In this document: positions 39,201 to 46,990 of the stretch, in pieces
Layout of the letters: each line of letters opens with the position of its first letter
Numbering within the stretch: the first letter of the stretch is position 1
Source of the DNA: an uncultured Bifidobacterium sp.
Lineage (GTDB): Bacteria; Verrucomicrobiota; Verrucomicrobiia; Limisphaerales; JADJPG01
Length of the DNA: 64,000 bases
Assembly: GCA_964491875.1 (NCBI GenBank)
Contig: CAZBIC010000004.1
Location: forward strand, 132,878 to 196,877
Direction: 5' to 3'
Position numbers and translations under genes: made by a program
Notes under the pieces: generated by a model
What the model saw: only the letters and a program-made list of their open reading frames with translations
Database searches by the model: none
What the model was told of the DNA's origin: nothing

Positions 39201-40436
39201 CAACGATTTCCCGGCAACGTTTTGTGCGGCTTTGGAAGCTGTTTCTGCTTTCTGCGCTGCGAATTGCTGTTGCTGCTCTTCTCTTTCGAGCGCAGTGCCG
39301 GCCTGCTGGAACTCTGTCTGCGCTGCTTTCCCAACTGCCTTCGCTTCCTCCGCCATGATGCGCGCACTGTCGAGTGCCTTCGCATCCTTCATCTCCGGGC
39401 TGTCACGCAGCGTGCTCTCAGCGGACATCGCACGTTGTTCTTCAATGGAGAGCTGTCCGATTTGTTCTGCCAGTTCAACCAAGTCCGTCTTTGCCGTCTC
39501 GAAGGCGCTCTCGGCGGCGCGCAAGCGCCGCATCGTCGCCTCGTATGCGGAATTGGTTTTTCGCACTTCTTCGGCGCGGCGCCGCGCCGCAATTTGGACG
39601 TATCGCTGATACTCCCTGAGAAACAGGCTCGCGCTATCCCGCGCTGCTTTGAAATCGTTTAATTCCTGGCGGTCGGTTTCCAAACTGCGGAATGCCTCGG
39701 CCACGTCAGCAAGCACCGACTCTGGTAACGGTGGAAGCGCCTGGCTCAATGCGGTCGAGAGCCGCTCTTCGTTCAACGTCCGGGAGAGTTGCGGCTGGCG
39801 CAATTGGATGAGCAGATTGAGCAACGCCTCGTAGCGATCTCCGAGTCCGAACAGGGCTTTATCGACCGCGCTTCGATACTCGCGGCGATCATCCTCGACC
39901 TTGCCACTCCCGAAAACCCTGCCCTTGTCGCCAATGACAGCCTCCAGCTTCGTTCGGGAAAGCGGCTGTCCTGCTTCGTTTTCAAGGAACAGGTCGCGAC
40001 CGACGCGCTGCGAAGTGATGAAGAACCACTGTTGAGCAATGCCGCGTCCCTGAACCGCGCGGAGCGCACAGCCGAGCGTCGTGTATTCAGCATCGCCACT
40101 TTCGCCGATACGACCAAACTCGATCCAGGTGTAGCCCAGTCGGTCGTCATGCTTGCCGCCGAGCAAAAGGTTCCATTCCATCCGCTTCGCCGAATCCTGA
40201 TCCGGCTCGACGCGTTGCGGAACAATCTCGCCATCGAGCAAGAATGGAAGCTGAAGAGCCAGGACGCGCGATTTGCCGGTGCCGTTGTTGCCGCGGAGGA
40301 GCAGTCGACCGTCTTTGTAGCGGAACTCCTGATAGTCGTAGCGATACACGTTGAGCAACCCGCCACGAACCGGCTGCCATCGCGGCCGGCACGCCGCTGG
40401 CAACGATACGTCTCCATTGTGTTTCGGGTCGCTCAT
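36276..40436 (-). CDS. jetC: Wadjet JetC-like SMC/ABC-type ATPase (TIGR02680-type, 1386 aa)
   Basis: Walker A GNNGTGKS near the N-terminus, then a long coiled-coil. Signature GSGGEKA and Walker B LILLDEAFVGVD lie near the C-terminus. Confidence 0.88.
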   Translation of the reverse strand: MSDPKHNGDVSLPAACRPRWQPVRGGLLNVYRYDYQEFRYKDGRLLLRGNNGTGKSRVLALQLPFLLDGEIVPQRVEPDQDSAKRMEWNLLLGGKHDDRLGYTWIEFGRIGESGDAEYTTLGCALRAVQGRGIAQQWFFITSQRVGRDLFLENEAGQPLSRTKLEAVIGDKGRVFGSGKVEDDRREYRSAVDKALFGLGDRYEALLNLLIQLRQPQLSRTLNEERLSTALSQALPPLPESVLADVAEAFRSLETDRQELNDFKAARDSASLFLREYQRYVQIAARRRAEEVRKTNSAYEATMRRLRAAESAFETAKTDLVELAEQIGQLSIEEQRAMSAESTLRDSPEMKDAKALDSARIMAEEAKAVGKAAQTEFQQAGTALEREEQQQQFAAQKAETASKAAQNVAGKSLECAQTSGLVKRHQEAMDRLGWPEPDVTKIDSIAANVREAVKHRLEASKHVAKLNQQVESARQQLVMAQQGFTQSEGHLNESIEAERKSFTALETERGALLIGYRTWATDVTELKAADSDEIDLAFAGWCEAPVGDSPLVKMLRDAERSATHRIESQRVETQARLNTANQERVGFQAEFNRLRDGYHEPPPAPHTRGVDVRASRPGAPLWALCDFLPSVPEPDRANIEAALEASGLLDAWVTPDGQLLVKDEHDTILAAGICESAPMDQGLDAVLTPSIDPQDQRASTVSEATVRAVLRHIGFGKGTGVAWVDNAGRWQLGPLHGAWSKPAAQHIGHASREAARRRRMTELQTLIDGTNEKINVINNEIEALTQRAAQLQREVAVAPNDGNVRRALAQLEVARQHVSAMRLRLTEAEARATEKRQKLTASTQERDQTAADLGITEWIDKLPELDEATHAYGQALAELWPAIRAQSEAQNQLSLAIERVTGATTSRDLRSTQLVEAKGRAAAAVEKFKTLESTVGVAVREVQQQLELASKKVIAVRGKKSAAEQQQSEKKVERAVAQTKITETTGELQTKELERGGAITGLVAFVGTRQLAVAHSDFSELEPGAWSVARAVDLARHVEMALSSIDHGDDAWNRNQREIHGHFETLQGSLRTHGYMPEASMSDGIFVVSIQFQGRSCTIAELRDSVVAIIQERQQLLDSREREVLENYLIDEVAEHLHDLLHRALNWKDEINEELASRPMSTGMMLKFIWEAVPELPPAFAEARRLLLGARGTWSPSERAAVGEFLQQQIKAVRAANDTGTWQDHLRQAFDYRKWHQFGVERKQDGVWKRLTRRTHGTGSGGEKAIALTLPQLAAAAAHYRSACKTAPRLILLDEAFVGVDKNMRAKCMDLLRVFDLDVVMTSESEWGCYPTVPAIAIYQLSAREGIDAVHATRWVWNGKQRVRDDSPLPEARPPTSDSATTLTETL

Positions 40437-40438
40437 GT

Positions 40439-41704
40439 TCAGAAAAGAGACGGCTCCTTGATTGTAGTCTCCTCCGGCTCATCGGCGAGGCCATAGCGAG
40501 CGATGGCCGGAAGCGGTTTCACACCTTCCGCCACGCGACGTACGAGCCGCAATGCCTCAAGTCTGTCGATGGTGGTTTCCGTCAGAACACGGTTGGCTCC
40601 CGGCTCCGCCACATCTTTGCGCCAGTGCGACCGATGTTCGGCGATTAGCTCCGCCGTCTCCCCACAGAGTTCAGCGAAGCCCACTGCCGCATCGGGCCTC
40701 TCGCGAAGCCGGTTCGCCAGAAATTCGGAGAGCAACAGCGTGAGATGCCCTTCCGTGCCTTCTTCGGGAAACGCTACATCCGCGAAATCGCCGTGAGGGT
40801 CCACCAGTGCGATTCCTTCCGCGCGAATCTCCGGCACGAGTCCTGTTGCCTCGACAATGTGCGGCAGTATGAAACCGCGTTGCCGGTCGAGATATGTGCG
40901 CTCGCGGTCGTTGAGCGTGTCGTAATACAAAACTGGATCGTCCAACAATCGGCGCATTAGGCGCACGCGAATTTGGCGGTTCTGCCCATCTTCCGTATCC
41001 GGCATCGATTCCTCAACGACGGCGGCCAGCCGCTCTTCAAAGCTCGTGCTGCTGACCGTTGACGGCCCGCGTTGCACACAGAGCATGGCCGTCAGCAAAG
41101 GTCTGTTCACGTTGTAGAGCACATCACTACGCTCGTCCCTGACGAACTGATCCTCGTCACCTTGCCTGCGCCAGAGCACATGTCGCTCGCACAAGAACCG
41201 GATGACCTGCACTAAATCACGTCGCTGATCCATCGACTTGAGGTCAAATGAAAGGCCACATCCGGCCAGTGCGGAGTCTCCGGCGAAGAACCCAACCATC
41301 GCATCGGCCAGCCTGCCGAGGGTCGTCTGGCGTTCGCTCCGTTCCAAGGCGGCGAGCGCCAGACAGAGCAACACATAGCGGGTCCGCCCAAATGGTACGT
41401 TCGTACGCTCATCGCGTGCGGCTCGGGTCCTGTCAGCCACGTCCGGCGGAGTTTTGCGCAGGCGCGCAAACTCGCTGGTCACATGCAACGTCCAGTTGGC
41501 GTGATGAGCGAGCCACTCTTTCAGTTGGTCAGCGTGACGGCGAACCAAGCCGAACTCACGGGCATCCGGGCCGTCGGCAGTAAGCAGGGGATTTTTCAGC
41601 AGTGCTCGCAGCGCCCGTTGTCGCTCCTCACGTGATGCTTCGCTCAATTTTTCGTCAAGCGGAACTGAGGCTTTGTCCGGTTCGTGAGACGGCCTGGTAT
41701 TCAT
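40439..41704 (-). CDS. jetB: Wadjet JetB-like protein (TIGR02678/DUF2398-type)
   Basis: RALRALLKNPLLTADGPDAREFGLVRRHADQLKEWLAHHANWTLHVTSEFARLRK matches the remembered DUF2398 pattern. Position in the operon is consistent. Confidence 0.75.
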   Translation of the reverse strand: MNTRPSHEPDKASVPLDEKLSEASREERQRALRALLKNPLLTADGPDAREFGLVRRHADQLKEWLAHHANWTLHVTSEFARLRKTPPDVADRTRAARDERTNVPFGRTRYVLLCLALAALERSERQTTLGRLADAMVGFFAGDSALAGCGLSFDLKSMDQRRDLVQVIRFLCERHVLWRRQGDEDQFVRDERSDVLYNVNRPLLTAMLCVQRGPSTVSSTSFEERLAAVVEESMPDTEDGQNRQIRVRLMRRLLDDPVLYYDTLNDRERTYLDRQRGFILPHIVEATGLVPEIRAEGIALVDPHGDFADVAFPEEGTEGHLTLLLSEFLANRLRERPDAAVGFAELCGETAELIAEHRSHWRKDVAEPGANRVLTETTIDRLEALRLVRRVAEGVKPLPAIARYGLADEPEETTIKEPSLF

Positions 41705-43281
41705 GTTGCCGATGAGGTGGCGATCTCCAACTCCGGTTCGGTGAAAGCGTTTGTGATTCTCACATAGTAATCCTGCCCGCGCAGAATACCATCGGCAGTT
41801 GTGATTGTCGCTTCGCTGTCGTCAGCAATCGGCTCCAGTTCGATGCGCAAGCTTCCATCCGTAGAATGAGCAACAATGATGTCAGTCGGATGAATTTTGG
41901 ACGCGAGCGATTCCCCTAAAAGATCGAGAAACAAATCTAGCTCCGCCGTTGTTTCAAGTGCGCCAAAGTCAGATAATCTCGTGCGGATACCCTGCGCGAG
42001 TCGGCGCTGAGCGGTGGCCACCTGCAGCGCTTCGTCATGGGCGAGTCGGGCGAGCAGTTCCTTTTCTTTGCTACGATCCACGACACTCTTCGCCGGACCC
42101 TTCGGCACATGCCGTCCTGACTGCTTCACGCGGGGTGAGAGACGCAACGGTTCGGTGTCCAACCAGCTTGTTTGCGGGGCGACCGGGTCTTGGTCGCGGC
42201 GCTCAAGCGTATCTTCATCAATCCGGAGGTGTCGTGCGCCGGCAAGTCCGAACGCAGCGCGCCAGAGCCGATGAGCGTCGCCATCGGTCGGAGCCTCGGC
42301 AAACCAGCGGGCCAAAGCTTGAAGATCGGCCACACGGTCACTGCGCGAGATACGCTGATCGTTGATTCGCGCCACCGCAGTGAGCAACGCGGGAATCGCG
42401 GATCGCGCCCGGCTCCGCAGCACTTCAGCTTGTGATTGTCGGCCCGTGTCGCTGATGAACCAGCCGCGCAATCCAACCCAGCGCGCCCTCCACAGTTCGC
42501 GTGCTTCGCGCAGACGTGAGTCCTTCTCGTGATCGAGAGCATCAACAACGTCGCGCTGCGCAGCTGCTTCAAGCAGCCGTTCGATTCCGTGTTTTTCGAT
42601 TTCACGCAGACGTCCGGCAATTTCGTGCGTGGCGATCACCAGTTCGCCGATGAACCGCTCCAGATAATCGATCAGCGTCTGCTTGTAGGAGAGAAATGTC
42701 TCCACGGTGATGCCGTGGAGATCGATGGTTCGTTGCAAGCTGCGGAGAAACGTCTGCGCCCGGGCAGTCAATTGCTCGAACCGGCTGCTGAGCGAATGCA
42801 GCACGCGATGAGCGACACTTTCGTCTGGCGTTTGACTTTCGCTCAGCTTGGAAAGTTCACCGAGATATTGGCGAATATCCACCAGGGCCGAGGCTTGAAG
42901 TTCACCGGGCTGCACCAACGTCTCGAAAAACAACGTCAACGCGCGCTCCGCCGCCTCGCCTTCCATTGTAAGCTGGTATAGGAAGCGCGGACGGTAGAAT
43001 TCCTCAATCGTGGAGACATCAGCCGTGTCTCGATGAGCCTCAAGATTGCGCCATTCGCACAACTGGATCAGGGCTGCATCAATTGCTCCCGCGTCGCTTT
43101 CTTGGAGCAAACCTTCGGCCTGTAAGGCCACGCGCACATCACTGGGACGCAAGTGGAGGGCAAATCCCGTTTTGGCCTGCACGAAGGCCCGAAGAACCGC
43201 ACGGTAAAGCGTCGCTTTATCCGCATTCAGATGCGAAAAGACGGAGACAGAACTCAGGCTTGGATCAGTCCTATCCGGCAT
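41701..43281 (-). CDS. jetA: Wadjet JetA-like protein (TIGR02677/DUF2397-type)
   Basis: VFSHLNADKATLYRAVLRAFVQAKTGFALHLRPSDV matches the DUF2397 N-terminal pattern. First gene of the operon, with a 4-nt overlap with jetB. Confidence 0.75.
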   Translation of the reverse strand: MPDRTDPSLSSVSVFSHLNADKATLYRAVLRAFVQAKTGFALHLRPSDVRVALQAEGLLQESDAGAIDAALIQLCEWRNLEAHRDTADVSTIEEFYRPRFLYQLTMEGEAAERALTLFFETLVQPGELQASALVDIRQYLGELSKLSESQTPDESVAHRVLHSLSSRFEQLTARAQTFLRSLQRTIDLHGITVETFLSYKQTLIDYLERFIGELVIATHEIAGRLREIEKHGIERLLEAAAQRDVVDALDHEKDSRLREARELWRARWVGLRGWFISDTGRQSQAEVLRSRARSAIPALLTAVARINDQRISRSDRVADLQALARWFAEAPTDGDAHRLWRAAFGLAGARHLRIDEDTLERRDQDPVAPQTSWLDTEPLRLSPRVKQSGRHVPKGPAKSVVDRSKEKELLARLAHDEALQVATAQRRLAQGIRTRLSDFGALETTAELDLFLDLLGESLASKIHPTDIIVAHSTDGSLRIELEPIADDSEATITTADGILRGQDYYVRITNAFTEPELEIATSSAT

Positions 43282-43668
43282 TTAATGACAGGGTTGAGAA
43301 TCCCCGCGCAAACGTCAACATCGAGTGTGTGCGACGGAAGGATTCGCCCGCTCGGCCCCGCCGGCTGACCCAATCTCAATTGGTTTGTCTAACGCTCGTC
43401 TGGATATGCTCCGTGGCCATCGCGGTGACCGCCACACAGCAGATACCGGCGGAGCAGGAATCCTTCGCTCAGGCTCCGAGTACGCGAGCACGAAGCCATT
43501 AACTCTCAAATAGCTTCCTGACCGTGTGCCACTTTTTGTGCCACTCCTCTGACTTTCTGGAGAGACTTGAATTGATGGGGTAGACGTGAATACTTACTAA
43601 TGTTTATGGGACTTAACACCACTTCTCGTGAAACGAATTGAAAAGTCGGGAAATCGCCAAGGAGTGAA

Positions 43669-43707
43669 TTTTGAGTCTAGCGCGTCTGCCAATTCCGCCA
43701 CATCGGC
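43669..43707 (-). pseudogene. tRNA-Leu(CAA) 5' half, truncated just after the anticodon loop
   Basis: The minus strand reads GCCGATGTGGCGGAATTGGCAGACGCGCTAGACTCAAAA: acceptor 5' strand, D-arm, 5' anticodon stem and loop CTCAAAA. The next bases, TTCAC, cannot pair with CTAGA. No variable arm or T-arm follows. Confidence 0.7.
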
Positions 43708-43870
43708 CACCAAGCTGCGTAAACGCAGGACCTCTTTCCTACACCATTGATCGCCGGTGCCGCAAGCACCCAATTCACATGCATCGTCGATGTGGTAAGT
43801 TCCTCGCGCGTGCCCAGCGTAGCCATTGCCCGCTTTACTCCTCCTTGGTGCGGGCCCATGCTGGTGCAGA

Positions 43871-44479
43871 ATGTCAACGCACTCTGAGTCTCCGCTCGAT
43901 CGTCTTTGGAAGGAATATGGCGCGGCTTTCCGCGACTTCGATGACATCACGCTCGGGCGCTGGCTTTCCCAGACCCTTTCGCAGCTGGCGGGTCGTTCCT
44001 GGCGCCTTTCGCATCCGCTGCTGGGTGCCTACCGGCTGGCGGCGCAGCTGGCGCATGAACGCCAGATCTGGCTCAAGCGCATGGCGACTCCGCCTTCAGC
44101 GTATCGTGAGTCGACCTGCTGCCGGGCGCCGTTGTTGCCGCTGTTCACTCGCGACGTCCTCGATGCCGGGTTGATCTGCCAGCATTGCGGGGATACCTGC
44201 GTGCCTTTCGATGACATCCCGCCGGAGCTGCAGTCGGAAGCGCGGGACTGGGCCCAGAAGTATGCCCCGTTACACGCCGTGGCCCACTGGGATGACGTCC
44301 AACGCAAGAAGTGCGGGAGTTACGACGGCGCGTTGGACGATGCGGCCGATGACGTGGAGGAATTGCTCGCCACGGCAGGCCGGGACATCGTGCCGAAGTT
44401 CCTCGAGGCGTATCCTGCCATTGTCTGGGAAGATCAGGATGAATGCCTCGAAGTTCGTCCCGAAGACATCGAGCTGTGA
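43871..44479 (+). CDS. Hypothetical protein (Cys-containing, acidic C-terminus)
   Basis: ORF 43826..44479 with ATG at 43871 (MSTHSESPLDRLWKEYG...). Confidence 0.55.
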   Translation: MSTHSESPLDRLWKEYGAAFRDFDDITLGRWLSQTLSQLAGRSWRLSHPLLGAYRLAAQLAHERQIWLKRMATPPSAYRESTCCRAPLLPLFTRDVLDAGLICQHCGDTCVPFDDIPPELQSEARDWAQKYAPLHAVAHWDDVQRKKCGSYDGALDDAADDVEELLATAGRDIVPKFLEAYPAIVWEDQDECLEVRPEDIEL

Positions 44480-44495
44480 GTCGCTCGCCCTGCCT

Positions 44496-45191
44496 ATGAA
44501 GAAACGATTCCTGCGCTGGTTGATTGTGCTGCTGGGAATTGTGATCGTGCTCTTTGTCGCGGTGTTGTTGTCGCGGGATCTAGTTCTGAAATCACTCGCG
44601 GCGCGGGGCATCGAAGAAGAGACAGGGCTTCGCGCGGTCATCGGGGAACTTTCCACGGAACTCGGCTCGGGCGCGCTGCATGTGCGGAATCTGAAGCTCT
44701 ACAATCCTCCGGAGTTTGGCGGCCAGCTCATGGCGGATGTGCCGGAGCTTTACGTCGACGTGGATGCGGAGAAGGCGGCGAATGGGAAGCTGCACTTCCG
44801 CAGTCTCAAGTTGATCCTCACCGAGCTGAACATCGTGAAGAATGCCGCCGGCCGGCTGAACCTCGACGGAGTCGAGAAACGCGTCCGCGAACGCATCCGC
44901 CAGCGTCGTGAACGGAACAAGGGAGAGAAATTCGAGTTCGAATTCGCCGGACTTGAGCACATGCAGCTGACGTTGCGCAAGGTGCTTTACACTGATCTGA
45001 AGCTGCCAGCTCAAACTCGCGCACTGGATTTGGCAATTCAGGACGAAGTCGTGCGGGGCTTAAAGACGGAGGACGAGCTGGGGCGATGGGCGGGCGGAAT
45101 GATGTTTCGCCTGCTGATGCAGGTTTCGCTCAGTCAGCTGGGGGCGCCCGGGCTCGAAGCCACTCCGGCTTCGCCCCCGGCGTCACCCTGA
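44496..45191 (+). CDS. Membrane-anchored hypothetical protein (AsmA/DUF748-like?)
   Basis: ATG at 44496 gives MKKRFLRWLIVLLGIVIVLFVAVLL, an N-terminal TM anchor. Confidence 0.55.
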   Translation: MKKRFLRWLIVLLGIVIVLFVAVLLSRDLVLKSLAARGIEEETGLRAVIGELSTELGSGALHVRNLKLYNPPEFGGQLMADVPELYVDVDAEKAANGKLHFRSLKLILTELNIVKNAAGRLNLDGVEKRVRERIRQRRERNKGEKFEFEFAGLEHMQLTLRKVLYTDLKLPAQTRALDLAIQDEVVRGLKTEDELGRWAGGMMFRLLMQVSLSQLGAPGLEATPASPPASP

Positions 45192-45258
45192 ACTGGATGG
45201 CGAGTCAGCCAGCGCCAAATGGTTTGTCTGCGGCCGGGAATCACGTTACACCTTCGCC

Positions 45259-45891
45259 ATGGAAACCTTGGAACAGATCAAGGCTCGCATTGAAGCAGCG
45301 GTCCCCGGCGCGCAATTACAGATCATCCCGAATGATTCGCCGTCCGCCCAAACCTCTTTGCTGGTGGATTCTCCTCACGCCGTTGCGGTGGCGAAGTTTC
45401 TCCGGGACGACCCCGCGCTCTGCCTTGATTACGCCTCCAATGTGACGGGCATCGACTGGCCGGAACGGGTCGATAAGATCAAAACCAAGGTGAAGAAGCT
45501 GGTCGACGGCGTGGAAAAGGAAGTGGAAGAGATTGCTGAAAAGAAAACGCCGGCTTACCTGGAAGTTGTTTACCATCTTTACTCCATCGCGAAGAAGCAC
45601 GGGCCGGTCATCCTGCGGCTGCGAACGGCCGATCGTGGTGAGAACGTCACCGTGCCTTCCCTGACCGGGCTGTGGCGCGGCTGCGAATTGCAGGAGCGGG
45701 AGGTGTTTGATCTCTACGGGGTGCGTTTCGAAGGACATCCGGACCTGCGGCGCATCCTGATGTGGGATGGCTTCAAGGATTTCCCGATGCGCAAAGATTA
45801 TGTGGAACCCGGCGACTACGAATACGAGCCCACACCGCACGATGAAGTTCTCGAAAAAGTGAAGGCGGCGCAGGCGCCCGCGGCGAGCTGA
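45259..45891 (+). CDS. nuoC: NADH-quinone oxidoreductase subunit C
   Basis: SLTGLWRGCELQEREVFDLYGVRFEGHPDLRRILMWDGF is the NuoC/30-kDa subunit signature. Confidence 0.85.
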   Translation: METLEQIKARIEAAVPGAQLQIIPNDSPSAQTSLLVDSPHAVAVAKFLRDDPALCLDYASNVTGIDWPERVDKIKTKVKKLVDGVEKEVEEIAEKKTPAYLEVVYHLYSIAKKHGPVILRLRTADRGENVTVPSLTGLWRGCELQEREVFDLYGVRFEGHPDLRRILMWDGFKDFPMRKDYVEPGDYEYEPTPHDEVLEKVKAAQAPAAS

Positions 45892-46016
45892 ATGGCTGGT
45901 GGCCCCGGCGGGGCAGGGCGATGCAACGGTTGCAGCGAAACAAAAAACGCAGTCGTTGACACCGCCATGAACCGCATCTAGGCTGATCAAGAATTTAACT
46001 CGATACATCGGAACAC

Positions 46017-46772
46017 ATGTTACTTCGAATCTGTTTAATCTTGGCGATTTTGACCGGCGTGGGCGTCATCGGTGTGAGCCAGTTCATGTTGAAGCCCCAA
46101 ATCGAGGAGATCATCACCAACCGGAATACCTTCGAGCAGGAACGGAACAGCGCGAGGACTGAGCTCTCCAAGACGAAGACCACCCTCAAGAACACCAACG
46201 AAAAACTCGCCAAGACTGAGTCGACGCTCGAGGAAACCAAGACCCAGTTAACTGCGACGACCGCCAAGTTCGAAGGCGAGCAGAAACGGGCGAACGGGCT
46301 GCAGGACGGCCTTAATAAGTCCAACAGCGAACTTAAGGCGGCGAAGGACGAGTTGTTTGCCTACACGTCAACAAGTGTTAAGCCGGAGGAAATCAAGAGT
46401 CTCGTAGCTTCGGTGAAGAGTTTGACGGTGGAGAGTCAGGCGCTGAAGGTTGAAAGCCAGATGCTGGCTAGAAAAGTAACCCAGCAGGAGAACACTATCA
46501 AAACGCTAACCGGTGGCGCGGAAGATCCGCCGTTGCCCCGCGACATCCGTGGCAAAGTCGTCGTCGTGGATCCGAAATGGGATTTCTTGGTTCTCGATAT
46601 CGGTGCCAAGAACAGCTTGGTTCAAAATGGTGTTCTTCTCGTCAGTCGCAATGGTGAGTTGGTGGCGAAAGTTCGCGTGATGGAAGTTCAGGAGAATCGT
46701 TCCATTGCGAACATCATGCCTGGTTGGAAGATTAAGGACGTCACCGAAGGCGACATGGTCCTTCCTTACTGA
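46017..46772 (+). CDS. Membrane-anchored coiled-coil protein
   Basis: N-terminal TM segment, then a long heptad-like Thr/Lys/Glu-rich region and a beta-rich C-terminus. Confidence 0.65.
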   Translation: MLLRICLILAILTGVGVIGVSQFMLKPQIEEIITNRNTFEQERNSARTELSKTKTTLKNTNEKLAKTESTLEETKTQLTATTAKFEGEQKRANGLQDGLNKSNSELKAAKDELFAYTSTSVKPEEIKSLVASVKSLTVESQALKVESQMLARKVTQQENTIKTLTGGAEDPPLPRDIRGKVVVVDPKWDFLVLDIGAKNSLVQNGVLLVSRNGELVAKVRVMEVQENRSIANIMPGWKIKDVTEGDMVLPY

Positions 46773-46782
46773 GGCTCCCCCG

Positions 46783-46953
46783 ATGAAGTTCAAACGACAA
46801 ACAGCGCTGGCTCTGTTGGTCGTTTTTGTTGCTGGATTCGTTTTCTCCGGGTGCAAGACCCCTGACGATATCGACAACGAGACCTCCCGTCCTTGGAATG
46901 CTCCCCGTTCGTGGGAAACTGGGCTTCCCGGATTTCAGCAGGAACGGCGCTAA
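46783..46953 (+). CDS. Small lipoprotein (56 aa)
   Basis: MKFKRQTALALLVVFVAGFVFSGC carries a lipobox. Confidence 0.55.
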   Translation: MKFKRQTALALLVVFVAGFVFSGCKTPDDIDNETSRPWNAPRSWETGLPGFQQERR

Positions 46954-46990
46954 GTCGTTCTTTGCAGCGGGCTAAATTCGTCTCCTTCGG

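Larger units (their letters stand above)
20140..43707. mobile_element. Genomic island / decayed integrated element carrying a Wadjet operon (left border approximate)
   Basis: About 30 consecutive minus-strand genes. Includes a serine recombinase and ParB-like genes, a DNA-transaction operon and a defence operon. The right end abuts a truncated tRNA-Leu and the left end is an ORF-poor zone. Confidence 0.5.

Noticed and set aside
43300-43707. Idea that the tRNA-Leu is interrupted by a group I intron, with the 3' exon further downstream on the minus strand
   Set aside because: I found no T-arm (GGTTCGAATCC-like) or CATCGGC acceptor complement within several hundred nt. The break also falls after the anticodon loop, not within it. 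Only a covariance-model scan could fully exclude this.
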